From: Amoeboradix gromovi X-113 | Taxonomy: Eukaryota > Fungi > Sanchytriomycota | Direction of reading: 5' to 3' | DNA: 6,258 nt | Assembly: GCA_018985225.1 (NCBI GenBank) | Contig: JADGIF010000596.1 | Coordinates: 1 to 6,258 of the forward strand | Shown: positions 5,941 to 6,258 of the stretch, piece by piece | Numbering within the stretch: position 1 is the stretch's first letter | How the letters are laid out: each line of letters opens with the position of its first letter | Notes under the pieces: generated by a model | Seen by the model: the letters and a program-made list of their open reading frames with translations, nothing else | What the model was told of the DNA's origin: nothing | The model's database searches: none | Made by a program: the position numbers and the translations under genes

Positions 5941-6258
5941 TCATCTGCTTTAGGCCACACCTTGACGCCGATTTTTCTCTGCTGGTCCGACTATCCCTAT
6001 TTGTTAGCAAATAATAACAAATTGAAAATTGCTGTAATATTTATTTCGTTCTGATCCAGGACTAAATCGTAGTGTGTCTTGTATCTTTTGCTTTCCTGCT
6101 CTATCATAATATTTCAAATCCGTACGACAGTGCCTCTCCCCAGATAGGTTTTCTATTAGTCATGTTAACCTCTGGTTTAGGACACCGACTGTAAAACAAG
6201 ACTGATTAGCTTCTAAGAAAGCATCACGTCTATATCACCTACTGGTTAGGGAAATGTT

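Noticed and set aside
5808-6014. 68-aa plus-strand ORF
   Set aside because: Non-ATG start, overlaps the Argonaute start and promoter, and has no recognisable motif.
6244-6251. GGTTAGGG, a telomere-like or telomerase-template-like 8-mer
   Set aside because: A single short copy with no tandem array or supporting structure visible in the window.
1-6258. Genome-wide stop-codon reassignment (TAG/TAA to Gln)
   Set aside because: The 1372 codons of the three confident genes contain no internal stops, and two genes end at TAA at the expected C-terminus.

Overview
AT-rich, gene-dense eukaryotic DNA with three apparently intronless genes. These are a DUF155 (RMND1/Mrx10/Rmd1-family) protein (674-1495, +), a reduced WW/FF-domain protein resembling TCERG1/Urn1/Dre4 (2508-3275, +), and a full-length but divergent eukaryotic Argonaute (3303-5837, -) with a DEDD-type slicer tetrad. 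The Argonaute and WW/FF genes converge with only 27 nt between their stop codons. That gap is a near-perfect palindrome with AATAAA on both strands, so the two 3' ends probably overlap, which could allow antisense feedback on the RNAi effector. Non-coding signals include a perfect 13-bp inverted repeat just before the DUF155 start, a 15-nt motif at almost the same distance upstream of the DUF155 and Argonaute starts, and AATAAA fused to or beside every confident stop codon. Several weak spliced micro-gene candidates also occur. The features suggest a compact, fast-evolving, probably fungal or near-fungal genome, but this is inference only. All family assignments come from motif recognition by eye; no searches were run.
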